DNA of 64,000 nucleotides from NCBI GenBank assembly GCA_907165135.1, contig OU015566.1, forward strand, positions 868,001 to 932,000. Reading direction: 5' to 3'. The position numbers and the translations under genes are program-made. Source of the stretch: Oikopleura dioica. Its lineage: Eukaryota; Animalia; Chordata. Every line of letters begins with the position of its first letter. Position 1 is the stretch's first letter. Shown one piece after another: positions 32,822 through 46,064 of the stretch. Under the pieces are notes generated by a model. It was not told the DNA's origin and searched no databases. It saw only the letters and a list, made by a program, of their open reading frames with translations.

Positions 32822-35800
32822 TCAAATAACAACATTTATTGAACAGTTAGTATCGTTGATGTTTCTTTGGCTCGTTGGGGAGCTGTCACATGAGTAATTG
32901 TGAATGTTCGCTGTCACGTTGACGTTTATTATTGGCTGAAAAGAAAATTGAGGTGGATTTTGAACGATGAAAAAGTTAACCTGTAAATTTATCTCCTGAT
33001 TTCCACTCGATCGACTCTGAATCGCCGGAATGAGCCCTTCGTCGGTAAGTACTTTGTCAAACGAAATTATTCGCGGTTTTTCGAAGCATTTGTTAAATTG
33101 ACTGTGCGAGGGTGTGGATGAATGGCGCTTTTGATAAAGCTGACGGGTTTGGTAAGCCTTTGAATTTTCGTAAGCCTCGAGTCGGTGAGCATCGGATTTG
33201 TTGCCCGAGAGGACTTTGTGGATTTTGAAGAAGCCGAAGTAGACCAATGGGGAGACGCAAAAGTAAGAAACGACCAGGATTCTGAGATTTATATAATATA
33301 TGTATTTTTCTTGAAAAGGCGCCTTTATGATTTCTGTATTCTGTTTCTAGAGTTCATAATAAGATAATTACTATTATATTTTTTATCCAAAAAATCTTTA
33401 CCTTGAAACATAGAGGCAAATGTGCAAAATATGCTCCACCACCCAAAACGGCACTAGCTCCTTAACCACATCGAGAAGATAAAACGGCAAAAAGCAGATT
33501 GAATAAATCGCCGAATCCATCTTGTTGTATTTATGAAGTTTATGCTGAAGACAAAAATCATGAAAAAATTGAAAATATTTTCTTACGAAAAATTGCGCAT
33601 CCTTTGCATTGACAGTTCGTCTCGGACCACTTTCTTGTCGAAGTCTTGCGTTTGTGATGACAGAGTTCAGGATCAAGCTAGGGTTAGCGTTAGTTTAGGG
33701 TTGGGTGGGGATAAGGGCTAAGGAAAAATACTATGGTGCAGAATATGTCGCGAATGTCACAAATGTCACGAATGTCACGAATTTCACGAAACTCACGAAT
33801 CTATGTCTCAGTTAACGTGACATATACAGTCAAATCGTGACATTCGTGACAGATTCAGTACCGACTAAAATACGTACCTGACGATGATAGGAAAAACGAA
33901 GAGAAAAGCGAAGATGACAAAAGCATAGACATTTCGGGCTAAAAATAAATTTTCAAAGAATTTTAGGGCGTAGAAATCCTAATCATTCAACAAATCATGA
34001 CTCTGATAGGCTGGGGGGACAAATAAATTCATTTAGTTGCAAAGTCCATGAGAGTGAAGTAGAGAAAGAAAAGAGAAGGGATTTTGAATTGCCGATTCAG
34101 AATTGGGCAGCTCTCCAGCGAGAGTCTTGCTCGCGAGCGCTACTCAGCGAGGGCCTGTATCACGGTGTGGTAGCTTGGCCAGGAGTTGGTGCTAGACTTT
34201 TGTCCCGATTCCCACTCTGATAGAAGACTAGAGAATCTGATTTACACTTGACGCATAACAGTACTTTGTCAATTTGCTGAAAAATGGTTCCGATCGTCGG
34301 ACTATTAGTACGCTGACAAAAGCAAATAAAGGGCTTTTCTTCCGGGATAATCATTCTTTCGCACACCTCCCAATCGATCAGCTGGTGCATTTAGTACTAG
34401 AGATGACGCCTAGGAAAAGACGTTTTTGCGAAAACAAATGGTTTATTTGGATCAAAAAGCCTCTTTGGATTCTTTTTGTTCTGGGCTTCTTTCCTCATGG
34501 CATTATCAGGTTAGATAAAAGCTGTTTGAAATTATTGTCAAAAAAGTAGTTTACCAGCGGAATTCATAACGACTTCATTATTGCTGGAAAAATTAATTGA
34601 CACCGAAGTGGGAGAAAACATATTTCTTGGCCCTGCTGATTATGGACACTTATTTTTGGCATTTTATGGGTTGATTATTTCAATATCCGCCTCCATTATT
34701 TTCGGCATTTATGATAATGAAACTGACAATGTAGGTCAGAGACAAAATCAACAAGGAGTCATTAATCAATTTTTCAGCTTTACGGAATTTTATGCAGATT
34801 GTATATTTTCTCATCTGCGGTATGCTTTGCTCTCCTTATCTACTATATTATCTACGTTTACGAGAGAAGTAAGTCACTTTAGAGAGTCATCCTAATTTTC
34901 CTCAAAAATAAAATTAAGCCAGAATGTACAAAGATCTGCGTGTAGCTTACGCTATTCTCTCGTCCCTCGAAAAAGAAATCGAAAAGCTTGGACCTCAAAA
35001 ACAAGGCGACTTTGTCTTTGTAGAAAAAGAAAAAGCTCATCCAGGAGTAAATATAAACGATGAACGTGTTCAGAAGAAACTTATTGGATTTACTATCTAT
35101 AAAAAATCCTTGGAGAAAGCATTATTTAAAGGTATGAAAATCGTATCATTAATTCATAAACCCTTTTAGCTCAATATTATTTCCTCGACGATCTGCGCAA
35201 GAAACTTATTGAATTGAGCGAAGATACAATTTGATCTCTGTAACAAAGAAACAAAAAAAATCTCATCAAAAAAACCTCAAAACCGGGCTTTTCGCAAATA
35301 CCTGCAGTTATTGATGGTGACAAAGCTGGCATACACAGTCCGCAAATTTGATCGTGAAAGAAGAACAGCGGCGTTGCTACTGCGCAAGGAAATCCGACGA
35401 TAAAGCATTTTACCAAAATTTTATTCGTGCTCGAGCTGAGAAATTTGCTTCTGTTTTTCTTGGTTCAGCAAGGTTTGGGTGAGAAGGAATTTAAAACTGG
35501 GTCAACCGAGTTCCTGAGAAAAGGCTTTTTGATTCCAAGGCATCTATCAGCCATCATTGCTACATTAGACATGATATTCACGCCAGAGCAGACGTAGACC
35601 TAAGGGATTTAAATCCACTGTGGTATAAGAAATCGGTCATTAGACCTACCCATAAATTTATAAATTTGCAACTGATGCGTGTTCCAAGATCAAATCCACC
35701 AAAAAAGAATAAAAAAAGCAAAAACCAAGAAAAAGAAGTCATTTTTTGAAGAGCCAATAAGATTGCTGTATTTGCCTACTGGCCAATCAAAACACTGATC

Positions 35801-36831
35801 CATAAAATCACTTCAATAAATTGGTTTAACCCTAAAAATGGCATAAACTAAGGATAGGAAGTGATTTTTTGAAGAGCCAATAAGATTGCTGCATTTGGCT
35901 TACCGGCTAATCAACACCCAGATCGATCAAATCACTTCCTTTTCTTGGTTCTGCCGATAAAAATGGAACACGGTCCTGAATCGTCCCCAAGTTGTTGTTT
36001 CCAACTGTGTTTCTCCGCTCAAAATCGTCAATATATCCCGCGATGTTTGAACGATCAAATAGCTGAGGGCGAAAATCGAATTGAGCTGCATCATACTTCT
36101 CGTCCAAGTTTTTCGGGAAGGGCGACAGTACATGATGAATAAAATCAGTCCGTGGCCGATGATTCCGCCGATTGAAATCAAACCGATAAGGATGGCGACG
36201 ACCAGGTCGATTGGTTGAACCCTTAATTTTAATGAAAAAACAAGGGGAGAGCAGGTAAAACTTGAAGTTTTTCTCCCAGTTCTCGGTATCTTCGTGATTG
36301 TAGTCGGCATAATCGGCATAGTTTTGATAGCTGTATTGGTAGTATTGAGAGAAATAGGAGGCATTGTAGTCACTTCCAAATTCGTTGCCAAATTCGCCTA
36401 ATGAAGGATAAGGGTTAGGGACCTTAACTTAGGGTTAAAGATTGAGTAAGACAAATTTTTGGGGTTAGGGTTACGGCTTGAGAACATGAGAAAAAATTTC
36501 AATAGATTTAACATTTTGAACCAATCAGAATCCTTGATGCAGCAAACCGGCCAATCAGGAGCCGAGTAGTCGCCCACGCAAAATTTGTCAAATTATTTTG
36601 TTGTTAGGGTTAGGGTTAGGGTTTTAGGACTCGAGAAAAAATTATTTAACCAATCAGAATCTACGATTAGGCTTACCGGCCAATCAGAAGCCGAGTAGCC
36701 GCCCACGCAAAATTTTTGTGGGTTTTTGACGCCACCCCAAATTTTTCAGGGTTTTTAAGGTGTCTTATTCCCAATCGCTTACCTGGATGATATAAAATAT
36801 TGCACTCAAGGTCTTCAGGAGAATCGCTCAT
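32822..36831 (-). CDS. Class A (rhodopsin-like) GPCR, probable peptide receptor
   Basis: TM1 IGGIIGHGLILFI; WGRFSCKF (Cys3.25); TM3 MMADRCLGIKKPF; TM5 FLFVFPIIV; TM6 YSICFLPFY; TM7 YFCVSPLVYF. Acidic Tyr-rich N-terminus. Confidence 0.85.
34274..35169 (+). CDS. Probable nested gene (membrane protein) antisense within a GPCR intron
   Basis: Three consecutive + strand ORFs with hydrophobic segments (KPLWILFVLGFFP; HLFLAFYGLIISISASIIFGIY) and splice-like junctions, inside the GPCR intron spanning about 33940-35300. Confidence 0.4.
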
Positions 36832-37616
36832 GATCTGATTTCTCTTCAGCTTTTTTACTTATGGCAAGTCAATAATTGACCTCTGGAGTGGACTTGGTAA
36901 TAATTTCAAAATAAAAATCAATCGATGCTTAAACTTCTTATCACTCATTTATTAATCTTATGATCGGAGAATAATCGATAGCGATTCCTTTTTTGTTTTT
37001 AAAATTTTTATAAAAGCGAAGTAAAAGTCTTTGAAATCGCATGTTTTGGGAGAAAAGAAAAAGTTCGAGTATTGGGTTTATCTTTGATTTGAAACTGATC
37101 CGACAGATGAACGAACTATTTTTCGCAAATTTAAATCCGTTTCCAATATTGTTGTCCGAATAATAAAATGACGGGGGTTTGGCGGCTCGAATTCGCGAAA
37201 AATCGAGGCAAAATTACGATTTTTGAAATTATTTTTTTTACTGAAATCTGATTGGTCAACCAAGATCTCGAAATTTTTGCGGAAAATCTGATTGGTCGAA
37301 ATTCGATCTTACTCCCCATATTTCATATAATAGCTATTTTTCAAAAAGTCCTTCCTTGATTTTCTAATTGTCACATGATTCGGATCTCTTCATTTTCGAC
37401 GAAAAAAATCTTGAGATTATGTTTCTTATATCGGTTTCAGGTGGAATGATGTGCTCATATTGGAAGAGTGCTATTGCCTTAATAATGTTGGACAGATGAC
37501 CACATATTTCGTATGAATTCGACCGCGGACTAATACTCTAACGCATTCACCTTAATATCACAGCACTCATCGTCCCGTCAAAAATAATCTAAAAAACTAG
37601 GCAAAAGTCAATTTCA

Positions 37617-37849
37617 GGAGTTAAGAAGACTTGGAGTAACAAAATCTGGAGCAACCGAAATTTTCAAACCGATTTTTAAGGTTGTTAAAGTCATAATTAA
37701 GGGTATCTGACTCGGTCAAAAGAAAGCCCGGGCCCAAAGCCGGGTTTTCGCCAGGGTTTGAGGGGGCCGGGAGGCCCTTAACATCCTTAAAAATCGGTTT
37801 GAAAATTTCGGTTGCTCCAGGTTTTGTTACTCCAAATCTTCTTAACTCC
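37617..37849. mobile_element. 233-bp palindromic MITE
   Basis: GGAGTTAAGAAGA(C/T)TTGGAGTAACAAAA..CTGGAGCAACCGAAATTTTCAAACCG arms are inverted almost perfectly. Confidence 0.85.
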
Positions 37850-38062
37850 AAAAATTGTGTCGAGCCAAAAAACTACTTCGTTATATTCGCGCAGGTTTAT
37901 GAGAAGTAGGATTGGAACGACAATTTTGAACTCTTGAAAAAACTTCTTGATAAGTCCAAGTTTCAAAAAAAAACTTGCATGAGAAAAAATCAGTCTGTCG
38001 ACTCAACACTGGAACAAATTTACCACTCTCTATCATTCTGAAAATTAAATTTCTCAGAGAAA

Positions 38063-39819
38063 ATGAAAATTTCGACTGTTCTCTTCGGAGTTACAGTAGG
38101 TGACTATTTTTGGACAGTTGAGGATCCAGCTGGAACCATCACATCAGTTGGCTATCCAGGGGGATATTCAAAGGTAAGAATTTATTGATCGATTCTGCAT
38201 CAGAAAATCTCAGAGCGAGCAATGGAAATTCCGCGCCCCAGGGGCGGCAAAATACACTTTCATCTTTGAAGACATCGATCTTCATCCCGATTGCAACAGC
38301 TACGTGAATGTCTATGACGGCGGCTACACTCCTCGTTGGACGCTTTGCGACTCTGACACTGGAAAAGTCATCACAGTCAATCACTATCGGCCGGAAATTT
38401 ATCTGCAGAAGGGATATGGATACATTCCGCCAGAGAAAAGAGGGCTCAAATTTAGCTTTTACATCAATGATGAGTACGTTTCGACGACAACGACGACTAC
38501 GGAAGGAACAACGATCACCTACACGACAGGTATGTTTATTGTTCAAATTCTTTCTCAATCGATAAGGCGACTCAACTACTATCGACTCAACCACAACTCC
38601 CATTTCACCATCCTCAACTGAATCCACAACAAGCACGACAACCGAGAGCACCACTTCCCCGCCTCCAACAGACACCACATCCACAGAATCATCCACAACC
38701 ACTATGACCACCGCTTCTGCCGTTCCAGATCATACCAATATCGCTGGATACCCAACACCTCCGCCTTACCCAGCTCCTGGATCAGGCAACTTTCCCCCCG
38801 GAGATTTGACCGCGGACGAAAGCTGCGGAAACTCAGTTTTTGAGCCGGTCATTCAAGGATTCGACTATGTTGCTCAAGGTAAAGCTGACCTTTTCCACCA
38901 GAAATCATTTTTAAGATCGTTATGTCCGAAACGGAGAAGAAGGAAGATCCTCATTTTTCTCAAACGACCGCGTCGTCAACGGAGAAGAAGCCGTCCCCCA
39001 CTCCTTCCCCTGGCAGGCTGGAATCGGAACGCAATACAATTTCTACTGTGGCGGCACTGTTGTTGCGCCAAATTGGGTGGCAACTGCTGCTCATTGCGGA
39101 GAACTGGTATTTATTGGCTCTTACTCGAGTGATATCGCTGTTGCTGGAGCACATGATTATCGAAACGATAAGACGAACCAGCAAAGTCAGGAGATCAAGG
39201 AAGTGTTCATGAATCCAAACTGGGAGAAGAGAGGCAAACAACAAGGAAGGATTTTTCAATGCATTTTTGAGCGCGATTTCTAGAGCTTTGATAAATCCGT
39301 TGAAAGATGTGTGCATGCTCAAATTGAAAGGCTCCTTCACATTCAACGACTACGTCCAGCCCGCTTGTCTTGCCCACAAGGACTGGTCTCTCCCAGATGG
39401 ATTCCTGTGCGTCGTTTCTGGCTGGGGCATGACCTCGGAATCATCCTCCGGCGCTGGCTCCCCGGTTCTTCGACAAGCAGCGTTGAACTACATGAACGAT
39501 GATGACTGCCACAAGCTGTACAAGGAAGGCAACGGACTTGAGACCTCTGGTGACATGCAATGCTTCGGAACACGGCCACGTAGGTTCTTTTCTTCAATCA
39601 AATTACAGTAAATTCTCAGTGAATCCACCAAAACAAGGCGCCTGCAATGGCGACTCCGGCGGGCCGCTTCACTGCTTCATCCACGGAAAATGGTACTACT
39701 CCGGCATCGTATCCTTCGGAGCTTCCAAGTGTGATACTAACATCGCTTCCGTCTACGGAAAAGTCTACAACTACAAGATTCATGACTACATTCTCGATAC
39801 AATGGCGCAAAATCCCTGA
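38063..39819 (+). CDS. Secreted CUB - Thr/Pro-rich linker - trypsin-like (S1) serine protease
   Basis: Signal [10 protein letters not shown]; [15 protein letters not shown]...[17 protein letters not shown]; protease TAAHC, DVCMLKL, VQPACL, VSGWG, GDSGGP (catalytic triad intact). Confidence 0.92.
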
Positions 39820-39874
39820 AAAGAAAAAAATAATTTGAAGAGGCAAAATGTTCTAAGATGATAAAATTTTTATT

Positions 39875-40370
39875 TTATACTAAGAAAGGCCGAGTCAAAG
39901 ATCAGAAGGTTTTCTGCTATAAACTCTTGTACAGCTTATATTTTTATCAAGCATCGTCGTCGTCAGGTGTAGTTTAGAATCTATCATTTGAATGTTTGTT
40001 TGCGTTGTCCCTTCATGACCTCCCTAAAAATGATCAAAAATCAGGATAAAATCGATGTCCTTACCTTTGTTTTAGCAATAATATCATTGAAGCCAGGCCT
40101 GAACTCGGCAACAGACACGACTTGATCGCCAGTCGGACTTTTGTGCTGATAAGGCTGGTCGAATCGAAGAGGAAATTTCATTGGCGGCCCGATGGTCAGA
40201 TAAAAGGTGGACTGGTAGACATTGGGCTCGATCTTGTTGTACTCAATGTCGCATTTCATCTTTTTCGCGAACATTTTGTAGAAGATGCTTCCTCCCTCGG
40301 CGTCAATGTATTCGGCAACACCAGTGGAGGATTCTTCTTGCCAGCGGCCGAGGAAATTGTTGAGCAGCTA
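39875..40370 (-). CDS. Fatty-acid-binding protein / calycin-like protein (possible extra 5' exon at 40608-40808)
   Basis: NNFLGRWQEESSTGVAEYIDAEG matches the FABP N-terminal GxW motif; C-terminal LHLTTTMLDKNISCTRVYSR. Confidence 0.6.
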
Positions 40371-41989
40371 GTAGAATAGACTGATAATTCAAAAAGAGAC
40401 ACAGAGATTAATTATATAACTTGTCAAAAGAGTCAATCCTTCGAGAAAAGACGGAGCAATAAATCACGATTCATGAGGTGCTCCTTAGATTAAGACTTGG
40501 TTCTTGGTTCCGGAAATAATAAATTTCTCCCTCACACCTCTTTAAAAAAAGCCTTTAACAAATATCAACCTTTGAACTCTCCTTCAGAAAAAAGTCTCTT
40601 TTGAAAGCTAGTTATATAACTTGTGACTTACGGTTTTTTCTTGGGGCATTTCCGTCGTTTCTTCTTTTCGATTCCTCTCTTCCAAAATGATGATTTCCTC
40701 GACTTCGACTTTTAAAACTGACTCGTCGATTTTTGGTCTGCTGCTTTTTCCGGGTTTTGTTTCAGTCGTCACTGCGCCGCCGATGAGCAAAAGTGCGAAA
40801 ATCGCCAAAAAGCCGAAAAGAAATTTTAAAAGAAGCGTTTTCGTGTCTCTTGATGCTCGATTCGAATTCGCGCGGCGGGATTTGTCGGTCAGCTGGCTTT
40901 CCTTTCATTTGGTTCCAAGCCAGAAAGTTTTGCTAAAGGGATTATCGAGGCACCGGTTAATTTCAAGCTTGATGATTATAGCGTCCTAACACTAGGTCAT
41001 GTGAAAAACCAGGTTAATATTGCTAAGACGAACTAAATTCAGGTGTTAAAAACGGATTTCAAGTTGAAGGCGACACCTTAGTTTTCAATTTATAATTTTT
41101 CTTTAAGAAAGGGGGCAATTTTCCAACGAGTAAATCCAAAAATTGGCCGATCTCTTTGACCAACCGAATTCCATTTTAACGCCGGAACGCATATACGACC
41201 CATTTTTGGGTAATACGATTTTGTTCATCAAAAAACCCATATTTTATTTGTTATACGTATATAATATGACCACGCTCAAGTTATATTTTTGTAGCTTAGA
41301 GTCCGTTTATCATATATAAACCCGGATTTTTATTCTCTTTATGCCCAAATCGCGACAATATTGGGTTAAAAAATGGTCAGAAATTGGCAAAAATGGCCAT
41401 GCGTTCCGGGGTTAAATAAAGGGGGTGGCGTCAGGAACCGACAAAAAAATTCGACAAATTTTGCGTGGGCGGCTAGTCGGCAGCTGAGCCGAATCCAGAG
41501 TTTTGATTGGCAGAAAATTTCCACGCAAAATTTGTGGAAATTTTTCAGTCGGTTCCTGACACCCCCGAAGAAAGAACCCCTTTTCTACTGAGAAGATTTG
41601 AAGTTTTTTTGATCGAAGAAAATAAGACAGTGACAACTGAAAAAATAAGTTTAATTTATTTCTTCTGGAACCTTTCCTGATCAAAAGTCTTCAGAAATTC
41701 CTCTCTTGAGTCTCTACTTCCTTCTATTGACATTTCTTTCTTCTTTTTTTTTTAGTTTGTTTATCAAAAAAGTTAAAGCGGAAACTGCCTTTTTCTCTGC
41801 GCTTGTGTATTTTTCAGTTCACAAGTGGGGTCAACTGAAACCGTATTTTTTCCTCAGCACGGTTGATAAAAATCGAGCTCAGCAAGGGAGCACTCGAGTT
41901 TATTATATCGAGGGCGCCAGAGATCGTAAACGCGCGGTTCAGCGTCGCGATATTGAACTAGAATAGCTTTGAAAACTTTCCCTATCTGG

Positions 41990-43830
41990 AATTCTTATGT
42001 TAGGATTGCATCTCAATGATTCTCCTGAAAAAAACTGGACCTTCGCAAACAAAAGCATTAAAATCTTTCGCAAACTATTTTCACACCTGCAACAGAAAAG
42101 TTTGTCCGCGAATAACAATTGTAAATAATTTCGTAAACACTCTCTTTGAAAATTTTCGGCGCGTTGAGATTTTGCTTGAGCTGTCGCTTTTCTTATTTCT
42201 CATGGAAGGATGCAATAAGCCAGGCTCCAAGATCTGAAAAACTTAATCAGAAGTGATGCCCGGGTCGAAAAATCAGTTTCATTATTAAGGTTCCCCCCCC
42301 GTCAGCTCTTTCCTTCAAAAATGGAAATATTCAAAAACACATTATTTTTGGTTCTTAACGCGTCCTCAGGTTAAACTTGCTTCAGAAACTTGTTAGGAGG
42401 AATATTTGACCAAGAAAGATCAATATTTTTGCCAAAATTAGGGCAAATTCGTCAATTTTCGGCGAAAAATCCAATTTTCAAATGCAATTTTGGTAAAGAA
42501 ATAGTCGAAATAGACCACAAAAAATGAAGCCTTAAAATCGTTTTTGACCCGTAGAATCCATTTCCGGGGTCAAAATTTTATAATCCCGAAACAAGATTAT
42601 TCGAAAAAAGCTGACGGGGGTCCTTAATAATTATTGATTATTATTTTTCTGCTCAAAATTTAATTCAAACGATTATTCCTTCGGGACCCCCGCCCCTTCA
42701 GCTTTTTTCGAAAAATCAAATTTCGGAATTTTAGAATTTTGACCCTGGGGTCTATCTCGCTTCTAACACCCCCAATATCGTATTCGAAAATTGGACTTTT
42801 CGCTAAAAATTGACGAATTTGCCCTTATTTTGGCATAAATATTGATTTTTCTTGATCAAAAATTCCTCTTATCAAGATTATGAGTTTTTAAACAATGGTC
42901 TAAATTTATTATTTTTATTTTGGTTCTTTGTTATCATTAAATCAAATCTGATTTCCTAACAGATAGTTATTTGGGATAATTTATTTCCTTTCATTTGAAC
43001 ATAACTTATGTTACATAAGGTATAAAATTCAAGTTCTGATTGGAAATGGACCACTTCAAATGGTAAAAGCGTTCAAAAAATTATTACGTAAGCGAGGAAA
43101 GGGTCAGACAGGTATAACTTGATCGATGGTGCCTTTAATGATACCGGTCTGAAACCCAAGAATTTATCAGACTCACGTGCGGTTTGGGGGCATTTGAATG
43201 CAATATCTACCTCAGTACTTCAGTAGGGAGTAAAAATGTGTTTGGAAGTAGAAAATCAATCTTGAGGGCGATAAGAAAAACTGATTATTCTCTTCTTTCG
43301 ACTCGGGGAGAGATTTCTTATCTTGATAAGATGTTGAATTTTTCCGTATTTTTTCAAGAGACTTAGTCATATCTTCAAGTTGAATCGTATTTTGTCGTCT
43401 AAAATGACGATAAATAGAATTATGCTTATCCATGTAACATGTTCTTGGCAAGCAGCCAGAATTCTGTAAAAAAGGTTGAAGTGTTTAAAGTCTACCAGGA
43501 AGCCCCAAACAGTTCTTATCTTACCACCAGACCACGTGGTTGGTCATTCCCGTTGCGCTGTTCTGACGTAACAACATCTGAAGCTCAATCATCTTGGATT
43601 TAAATCTTCATTTCATGCACCAGTGGCTTCGATAATGTTTTGACAGGTTTTGAGTTCATAGGCTGTTTTTTTCAAAGATCTGGTAATCGGATTAAATCGC
43701 ATTCGACACCTTCATTTTCGACAAGAAAGAAAAAAGGCAGAATGGAATATTCAAAAACTTACGTGATCGTTGATGAACCAAGAAAATAGTTTTCGACCCG
43801 ACGCGCACCTTTTTTCGTCAGTACCTGATT
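41990..43830 (-). CDS. Possible uncharacterised multi-exon gene
   Basis: Exon-like frames (VLTKKGARRVENYFLG; SLKKTAYELKTCQNIIEAT; GCLPRTCYMDKH...; ESDKFLGFRPVSLKAPSIKLY) with GT-AG edges; no family recognised. Confidence 0.3.
42289..42623. mobile_element. MITE family K, complete copy; a partial copy follows at about 42684-42870
   Basis: TTAA-GGTTCCCCCCCCGTCAGCT ... AGCTGACGGGGGTCC-TTAA. Confidence 0.88.
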
Positions 43831-44329
43831 TAAAATGCTTTAGCCAGAATGGCTTTACAATATGATTCTCCAATCCGCTCAAAAATTTATAATCACAGAG
43901 CTCACTCACTGTCAATTATCAATTCAAGAAGCTATATGTCTCGAATCAATTTGAGAAAAAGTCGTTTTTAGTGAAGAAAAAGGTAAAAAAGGGTAAAAAG
44001 GCGTTGTTCTTATTCGTAAAAAAACTCGTAAAGTATTATATAATTTTTTCATCAAAAAAAAAAAAAGTTCAAAAAAGAAATGTCTCTCCGCGGCAGATAT
44101 CGTTAATTTTTATCGTCAATCAAATCAAAGCGCACCTGAACATTGCTGATTTTATTGACCTTGAGTACCACGGCCCAGCTTTCGTCGTTGAGCCTAATTA
44201 ATAAAACTCATGACAATTATACGATAACACTCCTTTCCGGGTGAAATAAAAACATCCAAGGGTTTATGACGGTTCAATCTTACCTAACAACATCAACAGA
44301 AAAAATATTAAATTTTATAAATTTATTTA

Positions 44330-44662
44330 AAATGTCGCCAAATGTCGCTGAATGTCACGGAATGTCGTCGAGTTATATCAAAAAAAGAAAACAATAAAAT
44401 GTCTCAAGGCCAATAGTAATTTTCAGAAACCAATTTCAAGCCCGTATTCACAATATCCTGTTATGACAGAGAAGGGATGACACTTTTAATGTCGCCGAAT
44501 GTCATCGAATGTCGTCGAATGTCGTCGAATGTCGTCGAATGTCGCCATTTTTGCTTTTTATTTAACAAAATTAGGTGACATTCGATGACATTTGGGGATA
44601 TTCGACGACATTCAGCCACATTCGGCGACATTCAGCGACATTCGGCGACATTCGGCGACATT
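44330..44662. repeat. Degenerate foldback of AATGTCG(C/T)CG decamer arrays (family E)
   Basis: Forward AATGTCGTCG units, then inverted CGACATT units; related to 48365-48744 and 33745-33850. Confidence 0.7.
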
Positions 44663-44911
44663 CTTCGACATAATTAGTATTACCTCTTTTTTGCCATTGA
44701 AGGATATCATGAATACGGGCTAACGATTGGTTCCTGAAAGCTCTTATCGGCCTTGAGACAGCCGAGGGTTCAGCAAGAAATGTGCTTATCTAGTAGTTAA
44801 CTGTGAGGTTTTGTCTTGTACAAAAAAGACGGAGCGGGCAAAAAGCCGCAGAATATGCGCTCAGTGTTGAATATTAAAAGAATGATGGCATATTAATTGG
44901 CCCCTGTTTGT

Positions 44912-45186
44912 GGCGGGGCTTCGAAATAATTCTGTTTACAGAACCATTCTGTAGAAAACAGAACTATTCTGTTTTAGTAAAATCAAAGAATGGGTGTGCG
45001 CTTCGCGCCTGTTTTTCAGAAATCTCCAGAATGGAGAGTATCATGTTTTTTGACACTCTCTTTATATTTTTACCGCCGCAGTTACCCATTTCGGGCAACA
45101 ATCATGCCTTATTTAAGTTTTGTTAAAACAGAATAGTTCTGTCAAACAGAATGGTTCTGTCAACAGAATTATTTCGAAGGCCGGCC
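44912..45186. mobile_element. MULE-like MITE
   Basis: Long TIR GGC(T/C)TTCGAAATAATTCTGTT...; 9-bp direct repeat CCTGTTTGT at 44903-44911 and 45187-45195. Confidence 0.75.
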
Positions 45187-46064
45187 CCTGTTTGTTGTAT
45201 TTCGCTCAAAAACAACCTTGAAAAAGCCGTCAAAAGAATAATTTAGGGCGAAAAGGACGAAATTGGAATAAGAGAGGGAGAAGAGGAAAAATGGAAGGAT
45301 GCCTTATTACTATGAAGATCATATGGATCATCTGGCGATGTTGATGATTTTTCCCGTTGTTTTGATTGTTCTGCTTCTTACAGGAAAGAGACATGAGAAA
45401 ATGTTTAGGGGCTATGGTTAGGTTTAGGGTTGGGTAAGGATAAGGGTTAGGGTTAGCCATATCCGGTTAGGGTGGGCGGATTTTTCATTCTCAAAAAAGG
45501 TTGCTTCTTTGGTTCATCGAAAATTCTCCAACGAAAAAGCCCTCCTTTCGAAAAATTCGAGTCGAGTCACTGCTGAAGAATCAAAATCTTTCCCGATCAG
45601 AAGATTTTCTGGGAAGGAAAGTTGAGTTCGTTGATCCAACCTTATTCTCATCGCCAGACACCTTTCGTTGTTTGAAGTGTGAAAAAATTGACGATTCTTA
45701 TCGCTTTATTGCCTGTTATAAAACCGCAGCATCCGCGGCAGACTTGGAAATTCTCAGCAAGTCATCTAAGGTTGCTCTTACATAATACCTACCGATGGGG
45801 TGTTGGATAGCGGAAAAAATCTCATCGGAGCCTGGGTTGGGCTTGTAAGGCTAGTTACCAGACATCCCACTGACGGGCGCTCTGATTCGTCCGTTTAATT
45901 TTTCTCGAATTTTCCATAAGACTCACGTAACCCGTTTTTCCAACATCTGACGAATCAGAGCGCCGACCAAGAAAATGTGTGGTAACTGGCCTCACTAGCC
46001 TAACTCAGGCCCGCTTGAGATAGGCACTCTGATTCGCCACAGCGCTCTGATGGAAATGGGGTTC

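Noticed and set aside
35733-35950. Family D element as an intron-defining introner in the GPCR
   Set aside because: A better model (WGRF-S-CKFINLW) uses a GA donor at 35975 and an acceptor at 35672, which places the element wholly inside the intron.
38139-38711. 190-aa Val-rich minus-strand ORF
   Set aside because: It is the antisense of the Thr-rich linker and CUB exons of the trypsin gene.
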